From the NCBI RefSeq assembly GCF_000012905.2, contig NC_007490.2:60001-92000 (forward strand): DNA of 32,000 bases, read 5' to 3'. The notes under the pieces are model-generated. The model ran no database searches. It saw only the letters and a list, made by a program, of their open reading frames with translations, and was not told the DNA's origin. Numbering within the stretch: position 1 is the stretch's first letter; each line of letters starts with the position of its first letter. This document shows, in pieces, positions 1 through 7,633 of the stretch. Both the position numbers and the translations under genes were made by a program. Source of the stretch: Cereibacter sphaeroides 2.4.1. GTDB lineage: Bacteria > Pseudomonadota > Alphaproteobacteria > Rhodobacterales > Rhodobacteraceae.

Positions 1-53
1 CCTGACATGAGCCGCCCATTCCCCGGCGTCCGGCCTGCCGAGCGGTCCGGATC

Positions 54-1292
54 ATGAGCCTCGCCACCTCGTCGGGCCTTCGGGCCTATGCCGCCGTCAC
101 CGCCGCCTACTGGGCCTTCATGCTCAGCGACGGCGCGCTGCGGATGCTGGTACTGCTGCATTTCAACGGCCTGGGCTTCTCGCCGGTGCAGCTGGCCTGG
201 CTTTTCCTGCTTTATGAACTTGCCGGGATCGTGACCAACCTGTCGGCTGGCTGGCTGGCCGCGCGGTTCGGGCTGACCTCGACGCTTTACGCAGGCCTCG
301 GGCTGCAGATCGGGGCGCTTGGCGCGCTGGCGATGCTGGACCCGGCGTGGAGCATTCCCGCCTCGGTCGCCTTCGTCATGGCGGTGCAGGGGGTGTCGGG
401 CGTGGCCAAGGATCTGGCCAAGATGTCCTCGAAAAGTGCGGTCAAGGTGCTGGCGCCGGCGGGTGACGGGCTGTTCCGGTGGGTGGCGCTGCTGACGGGA
501 TCGAAGAACGCGGTGAAGGGGGCGGGCTTCTTCCTCGGCGCCGCCTTGCTGGCGCTGGCGGGCTTTCAGGCGGCGGTCTGGGGGATGGCGGCGGTGCTGG
601 CGGCGATCCTGCTGGCGGTGGTGCTCTGGATGCCCGAGGGCCTGCCCTGCGGCGTGAAGGGCACGAAATTCGCCTCGGTCTGGTCGCGCGATCCCGCCGT
701 CATCCGGCTGTCGCTGGCGCGGATGTTCCTGTTCGGCGCGCGCGACGTGTGGTTCGTGGTGGGCATCCCGGTCTATTTCCAGTCCGTCCTGTCGGACGGC
801 ACCGCCGAGGGCCGGCGCGAGGCCTTCTTCCTGATCGGCGGCTTCATGGCGCTCTGGATCATCGGCTACGGCGCGGTGCAGGGGATGGCGCCCCGGCTGA
901 TCCGCGGAGACGCCGCAGCCCAGGCCCGCCGCTGGGCCGGGTGGCTGGTGCCGATCCCCTTCGCGCTCGCGGCGCTGGCACTGGCGGCGGGCGGACCGGC
1001 CCTGTGGCTGACGCTGACGCTGGTGGCGGGGCTTCTGCTCTTCGGCTTCGTCTTCGCGGTGAACTCGTCGCTGCACTCCTACCTGATCCTCGCCGTCTCG
1101 AAGGCCGAGCGGGTGACGATGGACGTGGGCTTCTACTACATGGCGAACGCCGCGGGTCGCCTGATCGGCACGCTGCTCTCGGGCCTCAGCTACCAGTGGG
1201 GCGGCCTGCCGCTCTGCCTTGCCACCGCGGGCGCCATGGCCGCCGGAAGCTGGCTCGCGGCGCGACGGTTCGGGGGAGCGGAACAGGCCTGA
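54..1292 (+). CDS. arsJ: Organoarsenical efflux MFS transporter, ArsJ-like
   Basis: 412-aa polytopic membrane ORF. N-terminal YWAFMLSDGALRMLVLLHFNGLGFSP...LFLLYELAGIVTNL, central VSGVAKDLAKMSSKSAVK...LLTGSKNAVKGAGFFLG and ARMFLFGARDVWFVVGIPVY match my memory of the ArsJ family signature. Strong GC3 bias in this frame. Confidence 0.75.
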   Translation: MSLATSSGLRAYAAVTAAYWAFMLSDGALRMLVLLHFNGLGFSPVQLAWLFLLYELAGIVTNLSAGWLAARFGLTSTLYAGLGLQIGALGALAMLDPAWSIPASVAFVMAVQGVSGVAKDLAKMSSKSAVKVLAPAGDGLFRWVALLTGSKNAVKGAGFFLGAALLALAGFQAAVWGMAAVLAAILLAVVLWMPEGLPCGVKGTKFASVWSRDPAVIRLSLARMFLFGARDVWFVVGIPVYFQSVLSDGTAEGRREAFFLIGGFMALWIIGYGAVQGMAPRLIRGDAAAQARRWAGWLVPIPFALAALALAAGGPALWLTLTLVAGLLLFGFVFAVNSSLHSYLILAVSKAERVTMDVGFYYMANAAGRLIGTLLSGLSYQWGGLPLCLATAGAMAAGSWLAARRFGGAEQA

Positions 1293-1698
1293 CGGTTCAA
1301 CTCCGCCCTGGCGGCAGCAGAGTCGGTGCTGTCGCAGAGGTCGCTCGAGCGTCGCAGACGGTGCACTAGTACGGCCGATATGCAGAAAGCGCGATGTCAC
1401 ACACCGGCCAGTCGAATGCCGTCATCTGCCGGACCTCCATTGCCAAGCGGCTTTGACTTGTGTCGATCGCTCTCCTTGCGATTGGGTTCTTTCGATTTGC
1501 GGTTATTGAGGGTTTCTGAGGATGCATGCCACAGCTGCGACGGTCGGCAAGACCGCTCTTCGTGCCGGCGTCTGGCATCATGCTGCGCAGGGCACGACGG
1601 GCAGGAAAGACACTGGTCGCTTAGCGTGAAGGCCGCTTCGGGTCAGGCATGCCTGCTGCGACCCAGCGCGCAACGTAAGCATCCAGCATAGGCCGCGG

Positions 1699-1959
1699 TC
1701 ATGTAGCGAGTTGGCGCTCCGATGGCTGCCACTTCCACGGCAGAAGGTCCGGCACCCGTGAGACCGTTGTGTTGGGATATCTCGCCAGGACGTCGGCGAG
1801 CCAAGCCTGTGGGTCGATGTCGTTCATCTTGGCGGTGACGATCAGGGAATACATCAAGGCAGCCCAATCGCCGCCGTGCCCGGAGCCGGTGAAGAGCCAG
1901 GATTTTCGTCCCAATGCGATACCGCGCAGTGCGCGCTCGGCCGCGTTGTTATCGGGCAT
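1699..1959 (-). pseudogene. IS66-family transposase, C-terminal fragment
   Basis: DNNAAERALRGIALGRKSWLFTGSGHGGDWAALMYSLIVTAKMNDIDPQAWLADVLARY...LLPWKW is the canonical IS66 TnpC C-terminus. Only about 86 aa remain. Weak similarity continues to about 2000 before a stop. Confidence 0.85.
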
Positions 1960-2193
1960 GTTGCCATCGGCGCCCCGCGAACGCTCGGCAGATTTTACCC
2001 TGTCATGTTAGAACTGTCGTGTCGGGACAGGGGCGTCGGAGTGCGAAGATGCGGGCAGGCCGAATTGACTTTGAGCTGCGAGCTCGCGTTGTTATCTGGC
2101 CGCCCCTGCAACTATCCCGTCTGCGCTACGAGCGCGTATCCGTAGATGTCGCACAGCCCGCGCACTCCCTCATCGACAACAGGGAGGATTTGC

Positions 2194-2553
2194 ATGCGGT
2201 CGATCGGAATGGATGTGCATCGGAGTTTTGCGCAGGTCGCGGTCTTTGATCGGGGCAAGGTCACGGTAGAATTCCGGGTGGAACTCGAGCACGACGCTGT
2301 GGTGGCCTTCGGGCAGAAGCTCCGAAAAGATGACGAGGTCATTCTGGAGGCGACCGGGAACACCTCGGCCATCGTAAGGTTGCTGACGCCGTTCGTGGCC
2401 AGGGTCGTGATCGCGAACCCACTTCAGGTGAAGGCCATCGCCCACGCGCGCGTGAAGACCGACAAGGTCGACGCGAAGATCCTGGCGCAGCTTCATGCCG
2501 CCGGCTTCTTGCCAGAGGTCTGGGCCGCGGATGACGATACCCTGAACCTGCGT
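2194..2553 (+). pseudogene. IS110-family transposase, N-terminal (DEDD) fragment
   Basis: MRSIGMDVHRSFAQVAV...VILEATGNTSAIVRLL...VVIANPLQVKAIAHARVKTDKVDAKILAQLHAAGFLPEVW is typical of the IS110 N-terminal domain. Similarity ends at about 2553, where the reading frame runs into the antisense IS66 fragment. Confidence 0.8.
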
Positions 2554-2998
2554 CCTCGGGCGTCCCGGTAATGTCCTCGCACATCTTCACGATGCCGTCC
2601 GAGGCACAGCAGGAGCACGCTGCCGGTGCCTCGATCCCCACGCGCTCGCGCGGCAGGTGGTCCGGGAACGGCTTGCGCGCCGGGCGGCGGCGCCCGAACC
2701 CGACGACCGCCGTGGTCTTTGCCTTCCCGGCGGCGATCTCGTCTTCGGTGGCGGCGGCCTCGGGTTCCGCGAGCTGCAGCTCCATCTGGTCGATCAGGCG
2801 GGCGCGGCGTTCGGCGCTATGGCCATAGTCGTCACGTCGGAGCTTGGCGATCTCCAGCTTGAGGTGCTTGATCATAGCCTCCGAGGTGGAGACCACCGCC
2901 CTAGCCTGCGCCAGCTCGCTCTCCGCAACCTCGGCACGGGCCTGAGATGCCGCGAGAGCGGCGCGCAGTCGAGCAATCTCTGAAGCGGTATCGGACAT
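2552..2998 (-). pseudogene. IS66-family transposase, N-terminal fragment
   Basis: MSDTASEIARLRAAL...IKHLKLEIAKLRRDDYGHSAERRARLIDQMELQL...RRRPARKPFPDHLPRERV...CSCCASD...CEDITGT is the coiled-coil plus zinc-finger N-terminus of IS66 TnpC. Family similarity stops near aa 176 of the 246-aa ORF (about nt 2552). The rest of that ORF is antisense read-through of the IS110 fragment. Confidence 0.8.
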
Positions 2999-3078
2999 GC
3001 CCAAAGCATACCCTGAACGGGTGGAACGCCCAACAAAATATGGGTTTTGGGGGCTGCCGTCGGCAAGGCGGTCCGCCA

Positions 3079-3450
3079 TTAAGTCATGGACCAGACCAGG
3101 TTCGGGGCCGCCGGCACGGTCAGTTCCTCGGGCTTCTCCCGCTTCAGCCTGCGCCGCGGTTTGATCCGCAGATTCAGCTCACAGTAGATCCGGTTGACCC
3201 GCTTGTGGTTCCAAGCATACTCCTTCACGTTCCGCAGGTGCAGAAAGCACAGGCCGAAACCCCAGCTCTTGTGGACATTGGTCAGCCCGACCAGAAGGTC
3301 GGCGATCATCTCGTTCTCGTCATCGCGCTTCGGGCTGTAGCGGAAACAGGTCTCGCTGACCCCGAACGCCCGGCAAGCCAGCGCAATGCTGATCCCCTTC
3401 GTCGCCACCGCCCTCTCGGCCCAGTCCCGGCGCTGAGCTGGCCGCGTCAC
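3079..3450 (-). pseudogene. IS3-family transposase OrfB, N-terminal fragment
   Basis: TRPAQRRDWAERAVATKGISIALACRAFGVSETCFRY...HKRVNRIYCELNLRIKPRRRLKR...APNLVWSM is the usual IS3 OrfB N-terminus up to the conserved WSMD. It is cut at about 3082, where the IS66-related sequence begins. Confidence 0.8.
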
Positions 3451-3709
3451 TTTTCTCCAAGAGCCTCGCGAAGCAGGTCTGCCACATACTCAGGTCGGTG
3501 AACATGCGCTTCAGCCGCCGGTTCTCGTGTTCCAGCGCCTTCATCTTACTCATCATGGACGCGTCCATGCCGCCACACCTGACGCGCCACTTGTAGAACG
3601 TCGCGCTTCTGATCCCATGCTCGCTTCACAGCTAGGGCACGGCCAAGCCGCCCTCCGCTTGAAGCAGCACACCCATGATCTGGGCTTCGGTGAAACGGCT
3701 CTTCATCAT
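3447..3709 (-). pseudogene. IS3-family OrfA, inactivated
   Basis: My own minus-strand translation from ATG 3709 gives MMKSRFTEAQIMGVLLQAEGGLAVP*L*SEHGIRSATFYKWR...MSKMKALEHENRRLKRMFTDLSM. There are two in-frame stops where the family has E and C, plus a frame break before ADLLREALGEK*. The native stop (3447-3449) overlaps the OrfB GTG (3448-3450) at an AAAAG run, the expected -1 frameshift site. Confidence 0.7.
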
Positions 3710-3997
3710 CGGAATCTCCTCCGCCATCTTGCCGAGAAAATGCTACGTTCGCAGCCCTCTAACCTTGGGGAGGATTACCCCGGGACCGGCCCCGGCGCGG
3801 AGGCCTTCGCTGCGCCAGGTTCTGCTCCTTCTTGTCATCCATGCTCAACCCCCCGTTCCTTGGGGAAGCGCATTCCGCGATGTCCCAAGAAACCGTGCCC
3901 CAGCCTGGACGGACGCTGGTGGCCAAGGATCTGGTAACAGCCACCGCAAGACGAACGTGCTCGCGGCGCCGCTCCAGACGAGAGCCACGCAATGGCC

Positions 3998-5215
3998 TCA
4001 CCCGGCACGACGCTGAAGTGCTATCAGCGAACCGTGTAGGTTTAAGCCTCCACTCCGAGCCCTGGCTGTCATCGCCCGCAGCATCCCCCCGGGGCTCCAG
4101 ACAGGGTTCACCGGGCGGTAACGGTTTGCATCGAGGACGAGCACACACAAGGCCGCCGGGAGATCGCCCATGGTATCTGCGGCCTCGTCCCAGGCGCTGG
4201 CGTTGACACCAAGAGCTGGCAAGATCGCGATGGCTGCCTGAATAAAATCGTGCGCCGTGAGGGTGCTATCGCTACGCCGGCCGGCATCCAGATACATCTG
4301 CATGTCGGGGGACGCTGCCTCGTAGAGCTGTGTCGGCGTAAACGTGTCCAAATATCTAGGCTTGAACCCTCGGTCGGCCAAGCCATGCTTTTTTTCGTAG
4401 CAGGATGCAGTGCCGTCCGGCGCGGCATCGGGCTTGATGCTATCCGCCCGCTTGCGGGCGGTCCGCTCAATGGCGGAGGAGCCGCTACAGACAGGATTTT
4501 CTTGCGTTGTATCTTGTATATGAGGCCGGAAGGAATTTTCCGGCACGCCGGAAGAAACCTGCTGCACTTCGAGGTGCCGGAGCGCCTCGCGAGCAGCTTT
4601 GTCCACACGCTGAAGGAGGGCGCCGAGTTCGCTGCCATCCAATGCGTCGTAGCGTCGGGGCATGGACGCGAGAACCTCCGTGAGGCCGGGAACCGCCTTA
4701 TCCAGTGCCGCCAGACGGGTGAGGGTCTGGCTCAAGATCCGGCGCGCGGCCGACACACGGCGTCGCAAGACCTGACGCTCGCGTTCGGCGGCCTCAAGCT
4801 GCTCCGCGATCCGCAGCAAGCTTGGGAACGCTTCGATCAAGGGGGCGAACGAGATGCCCTGGATAAGGTCGCCACCGCCAAAGCGACCGCGACTTCCGTC
4901 CGCGGCAACGTTGCGTCTCAAGAGGCCAAGCCGCTCGAGGCGCGCCTCCTGATAGCGGAGCGCCCGCGGTGTCACTCCAAGGCGTGCCGCCACCTGGACC
5001 TGCTGCATGAAGCATACCGCGTCCCTTTGCTCATCCCGCCAGTCGCTGGGCCTCGTCGCGTGAACCATTACCAACAACGCTCGCAGGCACGCGCTCGACA
5101 AGCCCAAAGCCGCGCTGCACGCTGTGACGACTCGTTCCACATCGCTCCGTTGAAAGCGCCCGGGCAGGGAGGGGTAGATTTTCTCGGGTTCAGCCTGAAG
5201 CTGGATGGATAACAT
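3998..5215 (-). CDS. repC: Plasmid replication initiator RepC (repABC-type initiator family)
   Basis: 405 aa. The N-terminal wHTH-like part is LGLSSACLRALLVMV...VCFMQQVQVAARLGVTPRALRYQEARLERLGLLRR...DGSRGRF. A low-complexity linker follows. The C-terminal part has ...ALCVLVLDANR...SPGGMLRAMTARARSGGLNLHGSLIAL, matching the RepC C-terminal signature as I remember it. Confidence 0.85.
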   Translation of the reverse strand: MLSIQLQAEPEKIYPSLPGRFQRSDVERVVTACSAALGLSSACLRALLVMVHATRPSDWRDEQRDAVCFMQQVQVAARLGVTPRALRYQEARLERLGLLRRNVAADGSRGRFGGGDLIQGISFAPLIEAFPSLLRIAEQLEAAERERQVLRRRVSAARRILSQTLTRLAALDKAVPGLTEVLASMPRRYDALDGSELGALLQRVDKAAREALRHLEVQQVSSGVPENSFRPHIQDTTQENPVCSGSSAIERTARKRADSIKPDAAPDGTASCYEKKHGLADRGFKPRYLDTFTPTQLYEAASPDMQMYLDAGRRSDSTLTAHDFIQAAIAILPALGVNASAWDEAADTMGDLPAALCVLVLDANRYRPVNPVWSPGGMLRAMTARARSGGLNLHGSLIALQRRAG

Positions 5216-5370
5216 ACTTTATACTCGCTCTATGTCCGTGAGCGAGGCGGTCCCGGCAAAGCTCCATCGTTCGCAGAAACTGCGGTTTCGACTTGCCCGA
5301 TTCTTGGGGAGACGCTACAGCTAGCCTTGATCCAGAGGCTGTTCAGGGTTCCCGCCCTGAGCTGTAGCTT

Positions 5371-5407
5371 CCCCCGCCGGTTACCGCCGCGCGGGGGTTA
5401 CTTTTTG
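5371..5407 (+). terminator. Rho-independent-terminator-like hairpin on the plus strand, antisense to the repC upstream region
   Basis: CCCCCGC (5371-5377) pairs with GCGGGGG (5391-5397) around a 13-nt loop, followed by TTACTTTTTG. There is no plus-strand gene upstream of it. Confidence 0.4.
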
Positions 5408-5908
5408 CTTGGCGTAATTCCCTCCGTAGATTTCAGCTTTGCGAGCATGGCGTGCTGCTCGGGCCTCCCACTGCGTATTGCCGCTGCCCATGAAGCGCTC
5501 GGCGCACATGAGGCGAGTTTTCAGGTCGCTGAGCTGTGCAATGCGTTGTCCGTCAAAGAGGGCGCTGCCCTCCGCGATGCCAATGGCCGGGCGCAGACGT
5601 CGGCGGGCCGGTATCCCCACCTTCCTCCGCCTGCGGCTCCGTGCAGGCGGGTGATCCCCCTCCGGCCCGCCGAGCCAGGCATCGCACCCCCCGCGTTCGC
5701 CACGCGGCAGACCGACATGGGCGCGTCCCGCGACCATGCCGATCAGCACGGATTTTGGAGAACCGTCATGAGTAAGAAGCGAGCCACCACGGCTGTTATC
5801 ACCCACAAGCTTTATGCACAGTGGCCCGGGCAGCCTGAGACGCACATCGGCTTTCGCGCGATGACCAACATCGGGTCCAGCATCGAGATCCTGTTCGAGC
5901 CGCTGCAT
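5381..5908 (-). CDS. Hypothetical protein; coding status unresolved
   Basis: 175-aa ORF with no recognisable motifs. It shares codon register with the antiparallel 214-aa plus-strand ORF 5327-5971. My hand counts of GC by codon position do not favour it (see findings). Confidence 0.2.
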   Translation of the reverse strand: MQRLEQDLDAGPDVGHRAKADVRLRLPGPLCIKLVGDNSRGGSLLTHDGSPKSVLIGMVAGRAHVGLPRGERGGCDAWLGGPEGDHPPARSRRRRKVGIPARRRLRPAIGIAEGSALFDGQRIAQLSDLKTRLMCAERFMGSGNTQWEARAARHARKAEIYGGNYAKQKVTPARR

Positions 5909-5924
5909 CTCGAGAACGCCTCCC

Positions 5925-6416
5925 TTAGAGCTGAGAGCTGGCGCGCCTCACCGAAGGCTGTTCCACAGTAGTCTGCGCAGCGAGAGCGGCTGGGAAGGCG
6001 ATCAGGTTGCTCGCATCAAGGCGCGGAGCAACCCGCGTCTTCCCGACCCAACACCTGACGGACCCGGGCGTAAGCGGCACATGAGCAGCCTCAACGCCAA
6101 ACTGCGCCAGCAGTCGACGCAACGCCGCGTGTGATCGAACGACTCGTGGCGCTGGGTGCGACCGCGAATAGAGAACAGCTCGCGCGTTAGAGCCCAAATC
6201 TACTGACAGACTGAACCCCGCCGCTTCCCGCTCGCTGCCAAAAGAGAGTTCAAGGTGCACATCAACGTGTCCTTGGGTCCGCACATGCTCGGCAAACGCC
6301 TCACTTCCTGCTGGGATCGCAACCACTGCAACTTCCTCACATACTCTTGCCGTTCCGCGCGATGAGAAATCTATACTGATTCTTGAATCCGGTATCGGAA
6401 ACATATTCACAAGCAA
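5925..6416 (-). CDS. Hypothetical protein (TTG start in track; ATG three codons later)
   Basis: It is the only ORF of 60 aa or more across this stretch. GC3 by hand count is only about 56 percent, no higher than the local bulk composition. No motif recognised. Confidence 0.3.
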   Translation of the reverse strand: MLVNMFPIPDSRISIDFSSRGTARVCEEVAVVAIPAGSEAFAEHVRTQGHVDVHLELSFGSEREAAGFSLSVDLGSNARAVLYSRSHPAPRVVRSHAALRRLLAQFGVEAAHVPLTPGSVRCWVGKTRVAPRLDASNLIAFPAALAAQTTVEQPSVRRASSQL

Positions 6417-6660
6417 CCAGCGCGGTCAGCCTATCTCTAGGTTGATGGACTGATGTTGCCAAGATGATTATGTGCGAATGTTTGCGTGCGCCAGATTGCC
6501 GCACGGCAACTTATGGCGTTCCGAAGGCGGTTCTCCTGCCTCCGTAGTCAGTCGCAACGTCTCTCTGCAGCGTGGATTTGCCACGCCGCCACAGCGCCTG
6601 AACCGGGGTCTATGACCGCTCATCGCGGTCTGCTGCCCGAAAAATCAGGTTTAGGGGTGC

Positions 6661-6735
6661 ATAATCATTTGCTAGGACGGAGCAAGGGCAAGTCAGAAGG
6701 GCGTAACGCCTTCGATAATCATTCTTGCTCAGGGA
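6661..6735 (+). promoter_or_regulatory. Two imperfect direct repeats upstream of orf108, candidate operator or iteron-like sites
   Basis: ATAATCATTTGCTAGGAC (6661-6678) and ATAATCATTCTTGCTCAGGGAC (6715-6736) start 54 nt apart and end 26 nt before the SD and ATG of the 6762 gene. Confidence 0.3.
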
Positions 6736-6761
6736 CAGCGTTGAAAACGGAAAGGGGAAGT

Positions 6762-7088
6762 ATGAGCATTCCGGGAGTGATCTGGGAAGCGGGTGTGCCG
6801 GATGAGATCGCGCAGGGGGCGAAGCTCCGGTTCGTGGCCGCTGGTGACGAGGGAAGCTCCGACGAGGTGATCGGATGGTATGTCGTTCTCGAGTATCCGG
6901 ACGGCACAGCCAAGGTTCTCGTGAAGCAGGTGCGTTACGAGCCGCGACTGCTCAAGACATGGCCAGGCATTGCGTCGTTCGTTACGCAGTATACCCCCGA
7001 GAAAAGCTCCGTAACAGTCCCGATCCGGCCGGAGGTTCGTAACCAGCGAGAGCTATGGGACTTGGTGATATCTTACGGCAGCAAATGA
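6762..7088 (+). CDS. Hypothetical 108-aa protein immediately upstream of the pilin gene
   Basis: ATG 6762 is preceded by AAAGGGGAAG. GC3 is about 70 percent by hand count. There is no signal peptide or TM segment and no recognised family. The upstream part of track ORF 6486-7088 looks non-coding. Confidence 0.55.
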   Translation: MSIPGVIWEAGVPDEIAQGAKLRFVAAGDEGSSDEVIGWYVVLEYPDGTAKVLVKQVRYEPRLLKTWPGIASFVTQYTPEKSSVTVPIRPEVRNQRELWDLVISYGSK

Positions 7089-7216
7089 TATCTATGCGGC
7101 ATACTGACTGACCGTCTGTCCGCAAATCAAAACTTGTTTTTGATGTTCCGATGAGTATGGTGGGGCCGTCAGGCCACCGCCGTGACACCGTGTTGACAGA
7201 AAAAACGAGGTTACAA

Positions 7217-7567
7217 GTGAAGATCCAACGCCCCCTGCTGGCTGCGGCCGGCATGATGCTGCTCGCGCCGGCCGCCTTCGCTGCCGGTTCCACCACCGGC
7301 GTAGAGGCCGGCTTCTCCGAAATCACCACGACGCTCACGACGCTGCTCACCGGCGCCGGCGGCTACCTGATCCTCATCATTTCCATCGTCGTGGCGGCCG
7401 TGACCCTGATGGCGACGGGTCGCTGGACCTACGTCATCACCGCCGTCGCCGTGTCGCTCTTCCTCGGCTATGGCCTGAGCATCGTGTCCTCGGTCGGCGG
7501 TGTCACCGCGTCGATCGATATGGTCGAGGCGCCCGCCCTCGACGTTCCTGCGCAACCCACCCTCTGA
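7217..7567 (+). CDS. traA: Conjugative propilin (TraA position; TraA/TrbC-VirB2-like architecture)
   Basis: GTG 7217 follows ACGAGG. The signal peptide VKIQRPLLAAAGMMLLAPAAFA is cleaved before AGSTTG (F pilin also begins AGSS). Two hydrophobic helices follow. It is the first gene of the traL-E-K-B-V-C series. The symbol is positional only. Confidence 0.7.
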   Translation: MKIQRPLLAAAGMMLLAPAAFAAGSTTGVEAGFSEITTTLTTLLTGAGGYLILIISIVVAAVTLMATGRWTYVITAVAVSLFLGYGLSIVSSVGGVTASIDMVEAPALDVPAQPTL

Positions 7568-7576
7568 GCGGACAGA

Positions 7577-7620
7577 GCCGCGCGGCCTCCGGCTGCGCGG
7601 CCTTTGCCGTTTCTGTCTGC
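7577..7620 (+). terminator. Hairpin plus T-rich tract between the pilin gene and traL (possible attenuator)
   Basis: GCCGCGC (7577-7583) pairs with GCGCGGC (7595-7601), followed by CTTTGCCGTTTCTGTCTG. Confidence 0.4.
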
Positions 7621-7633
7621 GCGGAGGGATCGG

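Larger units (their letters stand above)
1699..3709. mobile_element. Cluster of nested, truncated IS remnants (IS66-family, IS110-family, IS3-family); no intact transposase
   Basis: Four transposase fragments abut one another at about 2552-2555 and about 3079-3085, with premature stops and frame breaks (see the individual pseudogene entries). Confidence 0.75.

Noticed and set aside
479-1369. 296-aa alternative-frame ORF inside arsJ
   Set aside because: It is a Gly/Arg/Ala-rich out-of-frame product of a GC-rich membrane-protein gene. The arsJ frame has the family motifs.
1427-1443. GCCGGACCTCCATTGCC resembles GGCGGTCCGCCATTAAG at 3068-3084, considered as IS terminal repeats
   Set aside because: The two copies are in direct, not inverted, orientation, and only about 13 of 17 positions match. 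This is compatible with chance in GC-rich DNA.
1675-1698. GTAAGCATCCAGC... as the terminal inverted repeat of the IS66-family element (IS66 ends often begin GTAAGCG)
   Set aside because: It lies only 24 nt from the transposase stop, and no matching inverted copy was found at the other side (about 3000-3085). It cannot be confirmed without ISfinder.
4250-5212. 320-aa plus-strand ORF antisense to repC
   Set aside because: No motifs were recognised, and the RepC frame on the other strand is clearly recognisable.
7193-7198. Perfect TTGACA hexamer just upstream of the pilin gene
   Set aside because: The matching -10 position (AGTGAA) is poor and would overlap the GTG start at 7217, so it is unlikely to be the pilin promoter. 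Two nearby hairpins (7126-7144 and 7159-7178) are AT-rich or bulged and weak.
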